Below, piece after piece: positions 38,625 through 48,813 of a stretch of 64,000 bases of DNA. The position numbers and the translations under genes were made by a program. Each line of letters begins with the position of its first letter. The stretch's first letter is position 1. The stretch spans positions 46,472 to 110,471 of the forward strand of contig CAWVRN010000013.1 of assembly GCA_963932905.1 (NCBI GenBank). Direction: 5' to 3'. The stretch comes from an uncultured Bdellovibrio sp. Its GTDB lineage: Bacteria > Bdellovibrionota > Bdellovibrionia > Bdellovibrionales > Bdellovibrionaceae. A model generated the notes under the pieces. It did no database searches and had not been told where the DNA came from. It saw nothing but the letters and a program-made list of their open reading frames with translations.

Positions 38625-39527
38625 GTGACACCGTCTAGATCGTCCGCTCAAAATATTTTCCTATTCGCACTGTGTTCTTTGATTTGGGGATCCACCTATT
38701 TTGTTATCACTATACAAATTAGCCAGGCACCTCCACTGGTCACCGTTTTTTGGCGATTCGTAGTTTCTACGATCATTATGTTCACCTACCTGAAATGGTC
38801 TAAGCAAAATTTAAAATTTAGTCCCAAAACGCATTTTTGGTTTTTCCTTCAAGGTATTTTTAATTTTTCTATCAATTACATGCTTACCTATAACGCCGAA
38901 ACATTTATTAAGTCCGGCGTTCTGGCTATCGCTTTTACCACGATGGTTTATTTTAATATTATTTTCTCGTGGGTGTTTTTCAAGAAATCAGTTTCGATGA
39001 AAGTTGTTGCGGGATCGGTCCTTGGTGGTCTTGGAATTTTACTGATTTTCAAAGACGATTTATTTATTTCCTCTTCGACTAACGAAATTTTGGGAATGGG
39101 CCTAGGTTTGTGTGCTGCCTTATCCGCATCTACTGGAAATATGATTTCCGTAAGAAATATTCAAAAAGGTGTCAGCATCAGTACGGCGAACACGTTTAGC
39201 CTGTTGTATGGAACTTTGTTTACGGGTTTAGTTGTCTTAATCACTGGCTTATCTTGGTCCGTTCCTTTGAATCCGAGTTTCATCGGCAGTTTATTTTACT
39301 TAAGTATTTTGGGCACTGTCGTGGCATTCGCGGCTTACAATACGCTGCTAAAAACTTTAGGCGCCGATAAAGCCGCCTACACCACGATTATTTCGCCGAT
39401 TCTAGCGATTTTATTATCGTATGCATTTGAAGGTTTGAAATTAGGACCGACGATGCTATTTGGAATCGGTCTTTGTTTAGCGGGAAATATTTTGGTTCTG
39501 TATAAACCAAAAATCGCTGCCGCCTAG
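38625..39527 (+). CDS. DMT/EamA family transporter
   Basis: LIWGS, about 10 TM segments, duplicated EamA pattern. Confidence 0.88.
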   Translation: MTPSRSSAQNIFLFALCSLIWGSTYFVITIQISQAPPLVTVFWRFVVSTIIMFTYLKWSKQNLKFSPKTHFWFFLQGIFNFSINYMLTYNAETFIKSGVLAIAFTTMVYFNIIFSWVFFKKSVSMKVVAGSVLGGLGILLIFKDDLFISSSTNEILGMGLGLCAALSASTGNMISVRNIQKGVSISTANTFSLLYGTLFTGLVVLITGLSWSVPLNPSFIGSLFYLSILGTVVAFAAYNTLLKTLGADKAAYTTIISPILAILLSYAFEGLKLGPTMLFGIGLCLAGNILVLYKPKIAAA

Positions 39528-39528
39528 T

Positions 39529-41385
39529 TTAATCTAGGCCCATTCGTTTTCGAAACGAATCAATCGGTTTCGAGGACATTTTGTCGACATACGTGGTACC
39601 AAGAAATAAATAGTCCGATAACGAGCAGTAGCCGTATAAGTTATCTTCGCAGCCTTTATGTAGTTGCAACCGATCTGAGGCATTCGTTACAAATCGCCTA
39701 TCGCTGTATGATAATTTACCGAAGCCTTCAGTCACCTCTTTATGTGCTGTGCGCAGACTGGCATCCATAGTGGACGTTGAAAGCTTTGTTATGTCTGGTG
39801 AAAGTGGATCACATATTGGTTTCACGCCGTCACCGCAGATTCGAATAGCGTTGTTAACGATTTCGATTCGATAGCGCCAAACGAATAAAAAGAAAGACGC
39901 TTTCAACAAAACTGATTGCCGAGTATTTAAATTTTCTAATCCCCAGCGCTGCTCGAACGAAACACTTGGGTCCGATGACATACGATCAGAAATTCCGTTC
40001 GCGTTAAAAATATAATCCGCAGCAGTTACAGGCACACCGTTTCTTCCCACAAACAGGTCAGTCTTGAACGTAGAAATTAGATCGGATTGTTCGTACGGAG
40101 TCAGATAATCAAACAATCGCAACAGTTGATCCCGTTTTTCACGAAAACGTTTATCTTTACTGGGTGTGGAGTATTGATCAAATACGGCGCCTTGAGGATC
40201 ACAGAATTGATAGTAGCAAAAAATAGTCCCTTGCGCGGTGATCGACATTCGATCATTTAAATCATGGGATAGTGAATTTGCCAGTGAGTATGCTTTTTTG
40301 TAAGGCTCAACTTTGAATCCCAGTGATTCATATACGTAATTGTTGAACTCATCGAACGACATCCCGGATTGGCCGTATTGTTCCAGCGAATAACCTGGCA
40401 TGCTGGTCTTTGGCGTTAATTGCCACTTGCCGTTTTTTAATAGCGGCCAGCGCCATCTTAAAAAACCACCACCTGCTGGTTCATGATAACGAATATCGGC
40501 TTGAGTTTTATACGCGTACTCACGCGACGGTTCGTTGCCGTACAATACCGAAATACATTCAGCACCGCAGTAGTTTTGCATCCCCACATCATAGACGACT
40601 TGCGTGTGGCCTGTGTTTCCCGATCGTAAAGTCAGAATGATAGCACCTGGAGTTACATAGTCTTTGCTGATTTTGGTCGGGTACAAATCGTTAAAAATAC
40701 TATGCGTGTAGGTAGAATCAAAAAGATAGCGCATGGCTGCTTTGAATCGCTCGTCCTTTTTCCAATCTTCATTCGTGGGTAAATTACTCCAATTTTTAGA
40801 TTCGCTGAAGTGGCCAAATAATTTTCCTGAGCCCGCAAGGGACGTCATCATTGGTAGTTTATTATCGTGAGCATAGATCCAGCGACCCAGTAACCCAAAA
40901 TCGGCACAATCAAATTCCAGGCCCGCACCGACGGCCATTGTCGTCGACGCATTTTTTTTAAACCAGGCTGCAAATTTATTTTCGTCGACTTCGGTCCAAT
41001 CATTTTTTACCGGCACCCACAATGGTGTCGGAGTCTTGTTTAATTTCACCTCATTTTCTTGAGCACGATAATAAGAACTGGATCTGGTCTTTAGGTCTTT
41101 TAAGTAGCGGAAATAATTTACTTTCGTCTGAATTTGTCCTGCAGTTAGATTTACCAAAGTCGATTTCTCAACGACCACTTGAGTCGTCAATCTCTGTGAC
41201 ACATCTTTCATAGGATTTTCGACAACCAGCAAGGTTGCGCGTTTGTCTTGCTCTTCAAGGATAATCCAACGTTGCCATTTATTTCCTTGAGGATCGGTGT
41301 ATTGAGTTTGAAATTGTTTAGCAAAAGCAGGAGAAATAAATAAACAAGCGGATAGAACGAAAAATACAATAGCGCGATTTATCAT
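39529..41385 (-). CDS. Secreted hypothetical protein with internal repeat
   Basis: Signal AFA|K; DCAD and GHT motifs; repeated C..CDP..ST..D..R..MSS.P..S..R.G. Confidence 0.75.
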   Translation of the reverse strand: MINRAIVFFVLSACLFISPAFAKQFQTQYTDPQGNKWQRWIILEEQDKRATLLVVENPMKDVSQRLTTQVVVEKSTLVNLTAGQIQTKVNYFRYLKDLKTRSSSYYRAQENEVKLNKTPTPLWVPVKNDWTEVDENKFAAWFKKNASTTMAVGAGLEFDCADFGLLGRWIYAHDNKLPMMTSLAGSGKLFGHFSESKNWSNLPTNEDWKKDERFKAAMRYLFDSTYTHSIFNDLYPTKISKDYVTPGAIILTLRSGNTGHTQVVYDVGMQNYCGAECISVLYGNEPSREYAYKTQADIRYHEPAGGGFLRWRWPLLKNGKWQLTPKTSMPGYSLEQYGQSGMSFDEFNNYVYESLGFKVEPYKKAYSLANSLSHDLNDRMSITAQGTIFCYYQFCDPQGAVFDQYSTPSKDKRFREKRDQLLRLFDYLTPYEQSDLISTFKTDLFVGRNGVPVTAADYIFNANGISDRMSSDPSVSFEQRWGLENLNTRQSVLLKASFFLFVWRYRIEIVNNAIRICGDGVKPICDPLSPDITKLSTSTMDASLRTAHKEVTEGFGKLSYSDRRFVTNASDRLQLHKGCEDNLYGYCSLSDYLFLGTTYVDKMSSKPIDSFRKRMGLD

Positions 41386-41669
41386 AAATTTTTCCTTAGC
41401 AATAATAAAACTCTTCGGTTTTCCGTTAGTTAACTGCTGAGGACCGGTACTTTTTTTAGACTTTAAAATAGAAGCGTTATGTTACTTATTTTTGTTCTTT
41501 GAAAACAGAAAGTCCTAGACCTAGCCAATCTCCTTAATACGCGGTCGTGGCTAGTTAAATTCTATGTAAAATAGAGAAAAACATTTTTTTTCTCGCGAGT
41601 TGCTAATTCAATGTCGGCGCGGTAAAAAAAAATGTTCCTAAACTAATTTTTTCAAAAGGTTGGCGTTTT

Positions 41670-44186
41670 TTGGAAAACTTCCTCGACTCAAATTTTTCAA
41701 ATGAGTTATTTTCAAAAGCTGGGGCGAACTATAGCCAAAATGCCATCCATCATTTAGCTGACTCACTGCCATTGATTGTGTGGATGGCCGATGATCAAGG
41801 CAATATCGACTATGTTAATAAGGCATACCTAAATTTTACCGGCATCCACTCGTCGCCGACGACACAGTCTTTCTGGATTAATACTATTCACGAAAATGAC
41901 CGCATCGAATCGTACTCGCACTGGACAAAATCGGTGGCCAACGGTGAATCGTTTGAAAAAGAATTCCGTATCAAACGCTTTGATGGCACTTACGTTTGGT
42001 TTTTGTGGCGAGCCTCTGCCACGTTAGATTCCGCTGGTAATATTTCAAGATGGATTGGAACTGCCACGGAAATTGAAAAACAAAAACAGCTACTAAATAG
42101 CCTGCAACGTTCCCAACATCAGCTAGAAGTTATTTTAGAAGGAGTCACTGATGGCGTGACTGTATTTGATCGTGACGGCAAATGCATCTATGCCAATTCA
42201 ATCGGTGCGAAAATGTGTGGCTTCACATCCGCAGAAGAAATGCTGACGACTCCGACGGACGGTATTTCTGATCTCTATTTTATTTTTGACGAACAGGGAC
42301 AACCTTTCCCTGCGGAACGTTTGCCAGGACGATTAGCATTAAAAGGCGTAAAAAATCCTCCAGAGGCCGTGTTACAAATTGAATTGAAGTCGTCGGGGAA
42401 AAAAACCTGGTCCATCGTGAGTGCGGCACCTGTATTTGATGACAACGGCGAAGTTCTGTACGCCGTTTCTATTTTCCGCGATTTTACAGTCCACAAAGAA
42501 AATGAAAACTCGCTTAAGAGCCGCGAATCTGCATTTCGTCTGATTGCTGAAACAGGAATAATTTTAAATTCATCTTTGGATTATTTGGTCACGCTTCGAA
42601 AACTGTGCGAACTGATTGTACCACTGATGGCAGATTGGTGCCTGATCGATATTATTGCTGATCCAAAAAAACCTAAAACAATTATCTGGCACTGGAGCCC
42701 CGACAAACGCAGCTGGGCAGACTCTTACCTGGAAAAATACCGCTCGGACTGGCGTTCATCTGCGGGTACGACTCGAGTAATTAGTACCGGCAAATCGGAA
42801 CTGCATGAATCGATTTCTAACGAAGTGCTAGAAGCGTCGATAAACAATCGCGAGCAACTAAAAGAGTTAAAAAAACTCGGCATGAGTTCCGTCATGGTTG
42901 TCCCCCTTGCCGCCAACGACACGATTTTGGGTGCCATATCTTTTGTCGCATCAGAATCAAAACGAAGGTTTACGTCGTTTGATTTAACATTGGCAGAAGA
43001 TATCGGTCGCCGTGCCGGGCTGGCCATCGATAAATCTCTTTTGTATGAACGTGAAAAATATGCGCGTGAGCAGGCCGAGAATGCAAATAATTCAAAATCG
43101 ACGTTCTTAGCGAATATGTCCCATGAAATTCGCACACCGCTGAATGCATTAATAGGGTTTAACGAATTGTTGCGATCTAATTCGCTAAATCAATATGAAC
43201 GCGCTGAATACCATAATATCATTCAGCGTAATGGTGAATTGCTCCTGCATTTGATCGACGACATTTTAGATTTGTCCAAAGTGGAAGCCGGCCACTTGGC
43301 TCTGGAAACAGTGCAAATCTCTTTGATGGACTTGTTGAGCGAGATGAAATCGTTCAAAACCGCGAAAGCCTCAGCCAAAGGCTTGAAGTTCATCATGGAC
43401 GTCGCAGAAAATGTTCCTGATAAATTCGTTACCGATCCCCTTCGATTAAAACAAATCTTAAACAATATCATTGGCAATGCGATTAAGTTCACAATGGAAG
43501 GCCACGTGAAAGTGAGCGTAAAATTGAACGAAAGCCAGCAACGGCTGATAATTAGTGTTTCAGACACCGGAATCGGTATTGCACCAGAAGATCGTGAAAA
43601 ACTATTTCAACCCTTCAGCCAAGCCGATGCCTCAGTCACTCGGAAATATGGTGGCACCGGTTTAGGATTGATTCTTTCTAAACGTTTAGCCCAGCGATTA
43701 GGCGGCGATTTGGTTTTAAAAGACACCAATGCCTCAGAAGGAGCAACTTTTATTATAGAAATTGCCTCTAACTTGACGGCTAATTCAACTGTGGAATCTG
43801 TGGTGACCTTGCCAGAAAAATCGATCGAAAATATTAAAATCCTAGTGGTGGATGATTCTGTTGATAACCAAGTATTGATGGAACACATTCTAAAATCGCG
43901 CGGCGCTATAGTCGATACGGCCGACAACGGTAAATCGGGAATGAATAAGGCGCTAGCGAATGAATATGACATTGTCCTGATGGACGTGCAGATGCCAGTG
44001 CTGGATGGACACTCGGCGACTCGCATTTTGCGCGAGAGAGGCTACACCCGCCCAATTATTGGTCTTACGGCGCATGCCATGCAAGATGACCGTCGTCGCT
44101 GTCTAGAAGCTGGCTGCACCGACTATTTAACTAAACCGATTCGCACAGATATGTTGATTCAAACGATTAGTCGTCATATCAATTAA
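41670..44186 (+). CDS. Hybrid sensor kinase (PAS-PAS-GAF-HisKA-HATPase-REC)
   Basis: FLANMSHEIRTPL, GNAIKFT, GGTGLGL, VVDD, LMDVQMP, TKP. Confidence 0.95.
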   Translation: MENFLDSNFSNELFSKAGANYSQNAIHHLADSLPLIVWMADDQGNIDYVNKAYLNFTGIHSSPTTQSFWINTIHENDRIESYSHWTKSVANGESFEKEFRIKRFDGTYVWFLWRASATLDSAGNISRWIGTATEIEKQKQLLNSLQRSQHQLEVILEGVTDGVTVFDRDGKCIYANSIGAKMCGFTSAEEMLTTPTDGISDLYFIFDEQGQPFPAERLPGRLALKGVKNPPEAVLQIELKSSGKKTWSIVSAAPVFDDNGEVLYAVSIFRDFTVHKENENSLKSRESAFRLIAETGIILNSSLDYLVTLRKLCELIVPLMADWCLIDIIADPKKPKTIIWHWSPDKRSWADSYLEKYRSDWRSSAGTTRVISTGKSELHESISNEVLEASINNREQLKELKKLGMSSVMVVPLAANDTILGAISFVASESKRRFTSFDLTLAEDIGRRAGLAIDKSLLYEREKYAREQAENANNSKSTFLANMSHEIRTPLNALIGFNELLRSNSLNQYERAEYHNIIQRNGELLLHLIDDILDLSKVEAGHLALETVQISLMDLLSEMKSFKTAKASAKGLKFIMDVAENVPDKFVTDPLRLKQILNNIIGNAIKFTMEGHVKVSVKLNESQQRLIISVSDTGIGIAPEDREKLFQPFSQADASVTRKYGGTGLGLILSKRLAQRLGGDLVLKDTNASEGATFIIEIASNLTANSTVESVVTLPEKSIENIKILVVDDSVDNQVLMEHILKSRGAIVDTADNGKSGMNKALANEYDIVLMDVQMPVLDGHSATRILRERGYTRPIIGLTAHAMQDDRRRCLEAGCTDYLTKPIRTDMLIQTISRHIN

Positions 44187-44188
44187 GA

Positions 44189-45091
44189 ATGGGCGGAAAT
44201 CATCATCATCATCATGGACATTCCCACGGATCAGCAAGTTCACGTATGGGCGTTGCCTTTTTCCTGAACCTTGCATTTGCTATAATTGAACTTGTCGGCG
44301 GACTTTACACAAATAGTTTAGCTATTTTATCTGATGCCTTTCACGATTTAGGCGACGCTTTAGCGATTGCACTAGCGTGGTTTTTAGAAAAAAAATCGCG
44401 CAAAGGTAGTACACTAGAATTTTCCTACGGCTATCGCCGTTTAAGCGTGCTAGGTGCGTTGATTACGGGACTAATCTTGATGAGCGGTTCTGGAATTATT
44501 TTGGCACGGGCGGTTCCACGATTATTTAGTCCGGAGACTACTAACGTTAAAGGGATGCTTTTGTTAGCGATTCTTGGTTTATCCGTAAACGGATTCGCAG
44601 CCTTTCGTATGTCAAAAGGAACATCGCTAAACGAAAAGATGATTCTGTGGCATTTGCTTGAAGACGTCATGGGTTGGCTGGCCATTTTTGCTGGTTCAAT
44701 CGTAATGATGTTCTATGATTTACCGATTTTAGATCCCATCATGGCGATTGGGATCGCAATTTGGGTACTGTGGAATGTGTTTAAAAATTTAAAGACAACG
44801 TTGAATGTATTCCTACAAGCAACTCCCGATAATGTTCAAATTGAAGCCGTCACTGAAAAAATTAAACAAACACCGCCAGTGAAAAGTGTGCACCATTTGC
44901 ATTTATGGTCAATGGACGGTGATCATCATATATTAACGACTCATTTGGTAGTGGATGAAAATACGACTCGCGATGAGGTTCATCAATTAAAGATAGATTT
45001 GAAAAAAACGTTGATGAAAGAGTTTCATATCACAGAAGCCACCATCGAAGTCGAATGGCCGAATCAGTCGTGCACGGATCCAATACACTAA
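44189..45091 (+). CDS. CDF family Zn/Co/Cd transporter
   Basis: His-rich N-terminus, SDAFHD, SYGYRR, HLLED, HHLHLW. Confidence 0.93.
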   Translation: MGGNHHHHHGHSHGSASSRMGVAFFLNLAFAIIELVGGLYTNSLAILSDAFHDLGDALAIALAWFLEKKSRKGSTLEFSYGYRRLSVLGALITGLILMSGSGIILARAVPRLFSPETTNVKGMLLLAILGLSVNGFAAFRMSKGTSLNEKMILWHLLEDVMGWLAIFAGSIVMMFYDLPILDPIMAIGIAIWVLWNVFKNLKTTLNVFLQATPDNVQIEAVTEKIKQTPPVKSVHHLHLWSMDGDHHILTTHLVVDENTTRDEVHQLKIDLKKTLMKEFHITEATIEVEWPNQSCTDPIH

Positions 45092-45241
45092 CCACGAACT
45101 ATTCTAAATTACGAATAAATCCTTCTAGAGTTTCTTGAAACTCGTAAAACGGACAAAGGCCAGAAAGACTTTGTAACGAAGTTTATCGCTGTTAAGAAAG
45201 TTACTAGGTCACGAAATGACCCTAAAATGCAGTTCTCATAA

Positions 45242-45610
45242 CTACATCTTGGGCGGTATTTTTTTTAAAACTAACTTAAATTTATGTTTTCTTATCACGG
45301 AGATTACGAAAAACGTGATTAACATCAAAAACAAATAAGCACCCAATAGACCTATTTTCAAAAATGATTCTATCATATTCTCAATTTCATAAGAAATGCC
45401 ACACACGTCACCGACTGAATCTGTTCCTCGGTATTCAAAAACTAGTACCACGTAAATAGCATAAGCAACAGTAACCAAACCTAAATAGAAAAATCCCTCA
45501 GAGGTTTCAGTCTTGAAAGTTTCATGGGGCACTTTTCTATCCTGGATAGGTTTCCATAGAAAATAGAAAATCTGAACCACAAGGCCGGCGGCAAATAGAA
45601 TTCCAAGCAT
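45242..45610 (-). CDS. Small membrane protein
   Basis: 122-aa ORF with three hydrophobic segments. Confidence 0.55.
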   Translation of the reverse strand: MLGILFAAGLVVQIFYFLWKPIQDRKVPHETFKTETSEGFFYLGLVTVAYAIYVVLVFEYRGTDSVGDVCGISYEIENMIESFLKIGLLGAYLFLMLITFFVISVIRKHKFKLVLKKIPPKM

Positions 45611-45730
45611 AAGTGCTTATTCGGCTTTTCCGACTTTTTAATTAATAGGACTATGTCTCAAAATAAGAATTCCAGCCACGCCCGAGGTGTTTCCACCCAG
45701 GGTTTCGTTAAGTTCTATTATATTCTAAAA

Positions 45731-47746
45731 TTACCAGATAACGATACGGTCTTTATCCGATAATACCATCGGTGATCCGGCCTTGCAGCTGAAGGCTTCC
45801 TGGAAACCTGGCTGATGTTTTACTTGTTCATTGATACGCGCCCAACCTAATGCGTGCGGATCTGTTTTCAATTGTTTTTCTTTGTAACCATCGCGTTTAA
45901 CTTCGCACCATGTTCTTGCGTAGGACACGAAGAATTTTTGTTTGTCTTCTTTAGTCGCTTGCTTATCCTTGAATGCTGCTTTGTAGGCGAAGCTTAAACC
46001 AACTAGATCGGCTACGTTTTCACCTAGAGTTAATTTTCCGTTGTGGCCGGCTTTATCGAACTGAGCTACCATGCGTTCGCCTCGTTTTTGGAATTCAGCT
46101 AGATCTGCCATCGACATCCACACTCTTAAGCTGCCCTTGTCATCAAAACGTGAACCTTGATCGTCAATGCCATGGCCCAATTCATGACCCATGACCGCGC
46201 CGACCGCGCCTAAGTTTTCTTCCAAAGTGTTTTTGTCATCAAAGAATGGGTATTGCAAGATCCCCATTGGCATTACGAATTTGTTTTCACTTGGTGAAAA
46301 ATACGCATTCACCGTTAAAGGTCCCATTCCCCAGGCATCTTTGTTTACTGGTTCGTACATTTCTTTGATTGTCTTTTTAATCAATGCCACTCGTAATTTT
46401 TGAGCATTTTTGATTGGCTCAGTTGCCGAGTACTTTTGAATTGGATTAAAATTCCATTCGCGATCTGTTTGTGGTGCTACGACTTGTAATCGGCAGCTTG
46501 TGATTTTCTTTTTCGCTACCTCTTTAGCATCTTTAGATAACCACGTGCTGTTGTTGATACCGTCTAAGATAGAACCACGGATTTTTTCTGAAATTTCCAC
46601 AACTTTTTGTTTTGGGAAATTTGGAAACATTCTTTGCATTAGAACTTCATCGACTTCTTTTTCGAATTCGTTCATCATGCGCATTGTACAACGCTCTTGA
46701 CGAACGGGACGACTGTCCGGCCCACCTAAATGTTTTTTATTGAACGCAAATTTCTTAGCAAAGAAATCTGGGTAACCATCGTCCATTAAGCCAGACGCAG
46801 TTCTATACAGATAGACGTCTTTGATAGTTTCTAGGTTTTTCTGAGTTAAATATTCACTGTAGAACTTAAAGCCTTCAGGAATATTTACACGAACCGCCAA
46901 CTTTTTTGGAAGTTTCTTGAAATAGACTTCGGTACCCAAATTTGGATAATCTTTCAAAAATTGCGCCTGAGGAATATCACGCTTTTCACCCCAACGTTGA
47001 CGACGTTCCGCTGCCTTTGGATAGCGCTGAACGAATTCGGCTTCAAGGTTGTACATTCTTTCTACACGGCCTTTGATATCTTCCGCTGTAAGTTTTGGAT
47101 CTACCGTTTTGAAGAATTCAGTCAACAACGCTTTATAGTCTGCCACCAATTCTGGTTTTTCATAATAACCATGATCCGGTAAGTTCATGAAACTAACAGC
47201 CATGTAGGCATCATAAACATCAGGATTCTCTGCATTCGCGGAACTATCAAATACAACCAAATTTGATTTACCGGCAAAGAAATTATCTGAATCTAATTTC
47301 AAGAAATCTTTTACAGTTTTAACTTTTGAAATGGCTTTCAGGCGATCGGCCACTGTTGATTTTTCTTCTTTTGCACCGGCGCTTTCATTCATACAGGCAA
47401 GGTAGAAATTTTTAATTTGCATTGCACGCGGGCTTAATTTCTTTTCGTTTTCGATGTTAGCGAAAAATTCTTTCTTCTTGTTCAAGATTCTTTCAAAAGA
47501 ATCGCTGAATGCAAATGTATGAGAACTACGATCTGGACGAAGCTCAAAAGAATTTTCTACGTCGTTACAAACGTAATCATGGAAATTGTCACAAGCCGAT
47601 ACCGTTGAGCTTAAAGGGAAAGTCCTGCGTTCAGGAATCTCACTTGATTTTTTGCTCATTGGTAGCGTTTTTGTGTCTGTGTTTTGATTTGCAAAAGCCG
47701 TTGATAAAGCTAAAGCAGATAGACCCGCTAACAAAATGGATTTCAT
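45731..47746 (-). CDS. Secreted M13 (neprilysin-like) metallopeptidase
   Basis: Signal peptide, VNAYF, GHELGH, GENVAD, DPH. Confidence 0.95.
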   Translation of the reverse strand: MKSILLAGLSALALSTAFANQNTDTKTLPMSKKSSEIPERRTFPLSSTVSACDNFHDYVCNDVENSFELRPDRSSHTFAFSDSFERILNKKKEFFANIENEKKLSPRAMQIKNFYLACMNESAGAKEEKSTVADRLKAISKVKTVKDFLKLDSDNFFAGKSNLVVFDSSANAENPDVYDAYMAVSFMNLPDHGYYEKPELVADYKALLTEFFKTVDPKLTAEDIKGRVERMYNLEAEFVQRYPKAAERRQRWGEKRDIPQAQFLKDYPNLGTEVYFKKLPKKLAVRVNIPEGFKFYSEYLTQKNLETIKDVYLYRTASGLMDDGYPDFFAKKFAFNKKHLGGPDSRPVRQERCTMRMMNEFEKEVDEVLMQRMFPNFPKQKVVEISEKIRGSILDGINNSTWLSKDAKEVAKKKITSCRLQVVAPQTDREWNFNPIQKYSATEPIKNAQKLRVALIKKTIKEMYEPVNKDAWGMGPLTVNAYFSPSENKFVMPMGILQYPFFDDKNTLEENLGAVGAVMGHELGHGIDDQGSRFDDKGSLRVWMSMADLAEFQKRGERMVAQFDKAGHNGKLTLGENVADLVGLSFAYKAAFKDKQATKEDKQKFFVSYARTWCEVKRDGYKEKQLKTDPHALGWARINEQVKHQPGFQEAFSCKAGSPMVLSDKDRIVIW

Positions 47747-47815
47747 ATTTTCTTCCTTCTATTTTGATTTAGAAAATGACTTTTTTAATGCTAAGGCGAT
47801 GCTATATCAATGTCA

Positions 47816-48712
47816 TTACATTATATCAGTCATGATATCTCGCAAAAAATGGTCGCGATAATTATACGGCAATGAATAATGACCCTCGCCATCAAACGTT
47901 TGAAAGCGCACATTCGTTAGTTGCTCTTTCATAAAACGCGACCAAATGGGATGAACGACATCGTCAGCGTTTCCGTGATATAAATAGTACGGCACTTTGA
48001 TATCTTTAATTTCAAATCCCCACGGTTTAGAGTAGATACGCATATCAGACAAAAGTCCATATGGCCCATTCTTCACAGAAAATTTGAAGGTTTCTAACAA
48101 AAATGGTCCTGTTTCTGGATCATCTAAAACTTTGCGATCATGAGGACCAATGTCCTCAAAATCCGACGTCAATATTTGATCAATTTTATCCGCATTTCTA
48201 TTGTAGAGCTGCTCGATTAAAAATTGAATGGCTGGTCTAGGCAATAGCTTGTTCAATAAATACATTTTCTTTTGAGCCTGATTTAAGAAAGGAAATTTCT
48301 TCAGCTCCATTGGAGCAATGCCATTAATTGATGTTGTCGCCTGAACACGATCTCCTAAAAAATACGAAACTGCCGCGGCATAAGGGCCACCGCCACTGAC
48401 ACTAATAACTACAAATTTATTGTAACCCAGAAGGTCCATCAGTTCTTCTGTGTTTTCGGCAAATCTTTTTAAGGTGAAATCAGATTCATACTCTGACGTT
48501 CCATAACCAGGTCGGTCCATTCCTATCATGAAAAAATCTTTCTCATATACGCTGCCCTTTAAAAGCATTTGTCCTTGTTTCCCTGTCCCAGGAAATCCGT
48601 GTATGAAAAAAATTGGTTTCGCTTTGGAACTACCATAAGTATAGTAGTGTACTTTTTTGCCAGATTTAGATGTGAAAAAATTTGATTGCATTTCCATAGG
48701 TGTATTCACCAC
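47816..48712 (-). CDS. Alpha/beta hydrolase
   Basis: HGFPG, DRPGYG, SVSGGG, HGNADD, EGH. Confidence 0.88.
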   Translation of the reverse strand: MVNTPMEMQSNFFTSKSGKKVHYYTYGSSKAKPIFFIHGFPGTGKQGQMLLKGSVYEKDFFMIGMDRPGYGTSEYESDFTLKRFAENTEELMDLLGYNKFVVISVSGGGPYAAAVSYFLGDRVQATTSINGIAPMELKKFPFLNQAQKKMYLLNKLLPRPAIQFLIEQLYNRNADKIDQILTSDFEDIGPHDRKVLDDPETGPFLLETFKFSVKNGPYGLLSDMRIYSKPWGFEIKDIKVPYYLYHGNADDVVHPIWSRFMKEQLTNVRFQTFDGEGHYSLPYNYRDHFLRDIMTDIM

Positions 48713-48813
48713 TGTAAAACGAGTGTTTAAAAATTACAAATCTTAAGAGTAAAAGACTGTTCTATGAGCCAGATCTGGCTTGAACTCTATCGAAATCGGC
48801 ATAATCTTGAATT

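Noticed and set aside
41521..41554. Inverted repeat CTAGCCA...TGGCTAG in the divergent intergenic region
   Set aside because: A 7-bp stem with a long loop and no recognisable riboswitch or operator consensus
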